A DNA stretch of 50,476 bases, taken from sequence record SRR22947727_4285, one strand, 5' to 3'. The notes under the pieces were generated by a model. It made no database searches, had not been told where the DNA came from, and saw only the letters and a program-made list of their open reading frames with translations. Position numbers and translations under genes: made by a program. Below, piece after piece: positions 43,471 to 50,476 of the stretch. Positions within the stretch are counted from its first letter, which is position 1; each line of letters starts with the position of its first letter.

Positions 43471-46400
43471 ATGAGTCATAGCCCAACGAATGGGGCAGGG
43501 GTACGTCCCTCTGGATTATAGTACTCCACCATATCTATGGATTCACCTCTCTCTGCATGCCGCGCGCGTATTCCCTCCACAGTACAGCTCACCTCCACCC
43601 CGTTGCCGAAACACACAGGACTCTGCCTCGTCCCGTGCCAATGCGTTTTACGCGCAGGTAGTTGACAGCTTGCGTCCATTGCAGGTGCGTGCGTCAAACA
43701 TCCAGGCGGCGGAGGCGAGGGATCAGGCGACGCGCGTCGCAGAGTGGGAGCAGATTGAGCGCCCGGTCTTGTGGGAGCATGCGATTGGAATGAAGCGGGC
43801 GATGCAGGTGCTGGCGAAGGAGGAGGGGGCTTTGCAGGCGCGAATATCGAATTTGGAGACAAGCACCGTGCGCAATTGTCCCAGTACTCGGACCGGGTTC
43901 AATGTGATTCGGTCGCGGGTAGATGGATGTGGTCGGCCGTTGGAGACAGAGGCGTTGCGGCGGGAGCGGGATCGTTTAGCTGGGGCGCTGTGCAAGTTTG
44001 ATGCCGAGATAGCGAGTGCCAAGGCGGAGATCGGGGTGCTGTTGGGGAGTGCGCGTGGGAACAAGGCGGAGGAGGTGGAGATTTGGGAGACGAAGCTGGT
44101 GGCGATGCAGGATACGAAACGCGTGTATAAGGAGGAGATAAATTTGATTGAAGTGGAGTTGCTGGGTCGGGAGCATTACGAGCGGATGGAGCGGGATCGG
44201 GTGCGGGCTGAGGAGACTGGTCTGGCGCAGTTGAAGCGGCTCCAAGAGCAGGAGCTACAAACTCGTATCAAGTACAACAAGGCCAAGCACCAGTACTATT
44301 TCCCGAAGGAGAAGGGATGGAATATTACGTTCGGGGGCGGCGGGATATTCGGGGCGTGCAAGGATATTTGCATCTCGGAGATCCATGGGAACCTGAAGAT
44401 TGTGGCCGAGCCGGGCGAGTTCGGGTCTAAGGGGCCGATCACGCCAGCGAGGGTGATTGTGACATTTCAGGCGGCGACGAATTCCAAGCGGAGCAAAGAT
44501 CAAGGGCGTAGAAAGAGCAGCGGTGTACGCCGGAGTGAGACAAATGTCAGCGAGCGGACGAGCAAGGCCGGGCAAGACAAGGGGAATGTGCCGACGCCAA
44601 CGTCGCAGGCATCACCAATGAGGTCTAAGACGTTTCAGCCACAGGCATCGGGGAACGCGTCTTCATCGGCTAGGCCCCCAGAGGATGCAGGCGATGAGAC
44701 TGCCTGTGGATTCGGTACCGACACTGAGGCCACTGCAACGGCGTCGGCTACCAATGACAAGCCGCCAAAAGGATTTGCGAAGAGGTTTCTGCGCCGACTT
44801 GGGAGGAAAAAGGAAAAATATCAATCGGGCAAGGATCCGTCCGAGCTCGGTCCGGTTCCGGAGGACACCCAGATGCTCAGCCCGCCGTCGAGGTCTCTCG
44901 CAAAGAAGCTTCTCGGCCAGTCGAAGAAAGGGGGTAAGGGATCGAAGAAACATACAAGTGACGACCTGGATAGACTGTCTTTCCGCGGCAATCGGCTGGA
45001 GACGTCGTCCATCGGGGGTAAGTCGGCCATCGACGAGCTGGAGTCCTTCGACGATCACGACGATGATCGAGACTACGACGGCCTGTCAGCGGAAGATGCG
45101 GGCGCGCAAGAGGAAATAGGTGCCGGGGAAGCCTTTTATCCTCAGGAAGGGGATGCATCGCTGACCAAGGAGTTTCTCGATAAGATTGATATCGGCAACC
45201 TCCCCCCTGAGGAGACGGAGACGCCCGTCGGGGCTCGTTCTCCATCCAGGACGTTCAAATTTGCCAAGACGATGAGCAAAGGTAGCTGGTTGATCGACTC
45301 GGTCGGGTCCGAGTCCCAAGACTTGTTTGACGACGAGGCAACGACAGCGCTTGATGTGGACGACCCCGACATCGACGAGACCAACGAGCACATATCGGAG
45401 GGCGAGCGGGCGATAGGCGGCATGGAGGGTGTCTACTGCAACGGAAGACTGTCTGGATTCGAGCTGGTCGGTGAAAAAGGATCCAAGGTGCCAAACCTGA
45501 CGATTGGAAACGCGGACGTGAGCGCGACCGTCTTTGTCAAGTTTGTCTTCGAGTACGACAAAGACCACGGTTGGAGACCAGGGCAACAGCCCCAGGATAA
45601 ACCCAAGTTCCACGTCGAGAAGCTCAGGTACAGCATCGAGGGCAATAATGTCCCGATGCCGCCCACGCTCATCAAGCACATCCTGCGTGTTGCCATCCCC
45701 GGGCTCATCCAGCGCCGCCTCCTGCTTCTTCTCCCCAAGGAATTGGGAGAGTATGTGCAAACAGCACGAAGAGGGTTCGAGTTTGACGCGGACGTTGGCC
45801 TCGTCGGCCCCGCGCTCGCCGTTCTTGACGCTGACATTGGCTTTGAGGTCGAGGGCCCGCAACGGTCGACCAAAGAGGCGAGCAAACAGAAAGCCATGTA
45901 CGACGCCGCCAAAGAAGCCAGAAATATGTTGGGTCTGACCCTCCCACAGGCCCAGATCCTGAGCGAGCTTTTTGGGGGCAGGTATGCGATGATGAGCCCG
46001 CCGAGGGCGGCTTCTATCTCGAATCTGATCGCCTTCAAGGCTAGGTACGACGCGCACCCAAAACTGTTCGATGAAATCTGCACAGTCATCAACGCAGCCT
46101 ACCATATTTTTGCCAAGAAGCTGTCCCAGTCGGACGTGTCGGACTTTTCGTTCAAGGACTTCATGGAGGTGACAGTCGCCCGCGTCCGGAAAAAGCCTGC
46201 GAAGGCCCGCGTCGTCGTCCAAAATATCGACATCTCTGTGAATGCAGACGCTGTCGTGACTGCCATTCACGACTTCACGCAGCGGGCCATCGAGGAGCTC
46301 GTCATAAAGGGCCCCCTGTCGGATTCGTCTGCAACGCTCGAGTCCATGCGGGACACCATCGCCGACGACCTTGAAGTCCTGCACGCCTGGCATGTATTTG

Positions 46401-47524
46401 CGCTACGAGAGCTAGATCACTTCAAGTCCAAATTCAAGACAGCGGGAGGCACCGTCCTCCTGGCAGCGGACAAGAACGGAGTCGTTGCTGGCATCGATAA
46501 CAGCCATTATGAGGGCCCGCTCAGACTGCGCATGCCGATGTCATTGCCAACTGACCAAGACGGGGCCATAAGCTTCGAGATCCCGCTCCCGTCTCCTGCC
46601 GGCAGCCTGGGCGTCTTCATGGACCACTTCAAGGGCTTGACGGTACCCTGCCACCTTCGCCCTCCTGTCCAGGCCGTCAATTGGGTCGAGCTCAGCCCCG
46701 ACACGGCCATCAATGAAACCATGAGCAGAAGGGTCTCGGAAGCCATCGGCGTCATCCAAGATGTGCTCCAAGCGCTCGATTCCATCATCAAGGAGAACGG
46801 AATGTATGAGGACGATAATGACCCCCGAAAAGCCCTCACCCAGCCCCGAACGATGGTCGGCGACAGGCTTGGCAGGATGATCATCAACAGACTCAAGGTC
46901 AAAGTTCGCCTCGACGAGCGGCGCATTTGCGAAATCATGTCGGGGCTTGACAGCAAGACCCTGGGCTCAAACGAGGCTTTTATCACGACGGCCGGCCGGA
47001 TCATCAGTCACCTCGGCGACGTGATGAACTTTGGCATGGTCCCATCGTCAAATACAGGCCTGATGCTGCCGGCAAATACACCTTCGAGTGATGCACCGTA
47101 CCTGATGCACCTGGAATCGACGGATATCAGCAGGCTGCGTGCCGAGGTCCAGAGCCTCGGCTTCCAGAGCGCCATCACGCCCGGTGGCGCGGTCAGGCTC
47201 GTCCACGCCCTGATTCGTGCCGCCGGAATCGCTTTCATGGGGAAAACAAACGAGGAGCTTGTCGAATTCAGGCACACTATGGAGGGATGGTACAGCCTCC
47301 TGACCCGCGATCACCTCAACCTATCGATGTGCATCGACACGGCGGGCGAGGTGCTGGACGGTGTCTTCATCGCCCACTTCAAGGGAAGAGCCGAAGACGG
47401 GGCCGTGAGAGCTACGAGCCCCCTGATCGTGACCAATGAACTCGATCTTGTGCCCCTCGGTAAGCTGATGCGCGGCGATCCGCCAGAGACCACCGATGAT
47501 CGAGGTGATCCGACGGATGGATGA
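43471..47524 (+). CDS. Large protein of unknown function (~1.3 kaa); likely short first exon 43471-43500
   Basis: 4-kb stop-free ORF with coding-like codon usage. It has an N-terminal coiled coil, a disordered basic/acidic region and beta-rich segments. GTACGT donor at 43501 with in-frame acceptors at 43582 or 43618. Confidence 0.8.
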
Positions 47525-47590
47525 GCCTCACCGCCCAGTCAGCGATGGCCAACGCAGATGTAAGTTCACCAATATCAATTACCTTCGACA

Positions 47591-48610
47591 ATGACAATGC
47601 TTATCGGGATTGCCCCGCGAGGTGTCCTGGCCGCTCGCCAGACCCACAAGGCTTCCGCGAAGAAACGTAGTCTGTTCGCGTCGCTGTCTGGGCGGCCGTC
47701 GACTCTGAGGTACGTATGCCCGTTTTAAAAGCGGTATCCTTGTGATTCTCGCGCGAGATGCCGACCGGAGGCCGGATGACGGCGCGGGGACGGAGTCTTT
47801 GCTCGGGTCGTTTTGCTCATGTTTGCTCTCATTTGCCCCAACCTCTGTATTTGCAGGTTGCACTCCTCGATGGAGAGCGAGTTCGGCGACGAGGACCTCG
47901 AAGCACAGATGGAGGCGTTCATGCAGAGACAGGCGGAGATCGAGGCGGGGGAGTCGAAGCGGAAGGCCGATCCGGGAATGATCTTAGGCGAGGCCGAGGT
48001 GAGCGAGGAGGACGCAAAGGCATACTGCCGCGATATTGTGCAGGTGATGAAGTCACTCAGACAGGGCAGGGATATGACGGTGAACGAAATCAAGCTGACA
48101 ATCTCCATTGAGGACCCGCGGGCGCGCGAGCAGCGGATGATGGGCATCGAGGACTCGCGTGGTGTGTCCAGGGACGAGATGGCCGATGCGCTGTCGGAAG
48201 TGTCCGAGGGACGGGTGCCTCGGGATCGCATCGCGCTACGTGAGTTGCGGAACGAGATGGTGAACTGGCCGTTCCTTGAGCTCGAGGGGGGCGAACCACA
48301 GGGAGTGGAGAGGTTGGCACCGGCGACGACCCCGGCGGAGGACGATGCGAGGGCGGACTGGCGGCAAAAAGGCGACATTAGACCGCCGGTCGGGCGGGGA
48401 CCCGACGAGAAGGACGGCAATGTATTTACAGACTTGCTGGGATATGGGACGCTGTGCGTATTGATTTCGTCTTCTTCTGTTCTCTCCCTAGTCGTTCCTC
48501 ACTCCCTTTTCCCCTCATTCACCCGTCATCACAGGTATGGCATCAGCGTGGCCCCGGCAATCATCGCAGGAACCGTCGTCCTCGTCCTTTTCCTGAGTTC
48601 ATTGAAGTGA
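47591..48610 (+). CDS. Y3IP1: Ycf3-interacting protein 1 (Y3IP1/CEST), PSI assembly factor (exons 47591-47709, 47857-48453, 48535-48610; ~263 aa)
   Basis: RDMTVNEIKLTISIEDPRARE..GIED..SRDEMADAL.EV.EGRVP.DR.AL..L..EM..WP.LE, a transit peptide and a C-terminal TM helix. Confidence 0.88.
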
Positions 48611-48637
48611 GTGGTGTATTCCAGCAAAAAAATCCGA

Positions 48638-49875
<1,238 letters not shown>

Positions 49876-50004
49876 ATTGAAAAATTTTCTCGTCTCTTCT
49901 GGAGTGGCTGTCGAGATATCAGTCGATCGCGCGCTTGCTAGGATCATCTTGGTGAGTAGCAGGGCCAATAATAGGCACGAGTGTCGCGTGGCGTGCGGGC
50001 AGGA

Positions 50005-50476
50005 ATGACATCCCCAAAGGTCGCCGCGCGAGCATGCGACCACCAGATGTTCACGCTGGTCCAGTCGTATGCAGCCTATCCGATCGAATTGGTTGCTAGT
50101 GATGCTCGAAATAGTCTGTTTACCGAGCTCACAGATGGCGATGGGACGTTGTTGCGCGGTCCGAACGCCGTTCTCCGCTGGATCGCCTCGCAGTCTCCTC
50201 GCGCCGACCAACTGCTGGGGAAGACCCGGGAGGAGGGCTGCAAGATCTCTGAGATTCTGAGCCTATGCAGGGGGATGGCGAGCGAGCTGTTGGATACGCA
50301 GGTCGAGGCGCTCAATGCGTGGCTAGAGCGCAGGACCTTTGTTGCCACGCCCCATTTGAGTCTGGCAGATATCGTGTTGTTTGCGTCGTTGAGCAAGGTG
50401 GTGGCGGCGTTTCCGGTGGCTCAGCATGGGCATTTTTGCAACGTGTTGAGATGGTACGAGAACGTGTATTATTTGG
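50005..50476 (+). CDS. GST-C-like domain protein (Arc1p/AIMP/aminoacyl-tRNA synthetase N-terminal type), 3'-truncated by window edge
   Basis: Open frame from ATG 50005 to the window end, absent from the ORF track because it has no stop. GPNAVLRWIA, LLGKT.EE, LNAWLERRTFV..HLSLADIVLF, NVLRWY. Confidence 0.75.
   Translation, partial: MTSPKVAARACDHQMFTLVQSYAAYPIELVASDARNSLFTELTDGDGTLLRGPNAVLRWIASQSPRADQLLGKTREEGCKISEILSLCRGMASELLDTQVEALNAWLERRTFVATPHLSLADIVLFASLSKVVAAFPVAQHGHFCNVLRWYENVYYL

Overview
Gene-dense eukaryotic nuclear DNA, most likely from a compact-genome green alga (Chlorophyta, Trebouxiophyceae-like). This is inferred from short GT-AG introns with GTACGT/GTATGT/GTGCGT donors, TGTAA polyadenylation signals, transit-peptide-like N-termini and a PSI assembly factor (Y3IP1). 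There are about 29 protein-coding genes, many only 18-150 bp apart. The main result is in the first 18 kb, which holds an apparent metabolic gene cluster of seven enzymes from photorespiratory glyoxylate, malate-valve and ammonium re-assimilation metabolism. These are an RraA/HMG-aldolase, plastid NAD-MDH, alanine/glutamate:glyoxylate aminotransferase, alanine/serine:glyoxylate aminotransferase, plastid NADP-MDH, NADH-GOGAT and hydroxypyruvate reductase. A KH-domain gene sits inside the cluster between two diverged ~225-bp direct repeats of the RraA 3' end. The rest carries WAPL, EPL1, DDB1, a decayed ABCC transporter, PDX1, SPOUT1, a REC8-type kleisin, an F-box protein, carboxypeptidase, CBS protein, cis-prenyltransferase, PRC-barrel protein, WDR83, apyrase, a nucleotide-sugar transporter, a 1.3-kaa unknown protein, Y3IP1, GSNOR and a partial GST-C-like gene. 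Exon boundaries were read by eye and family calls rest on remembered motifs; no database searches were run.
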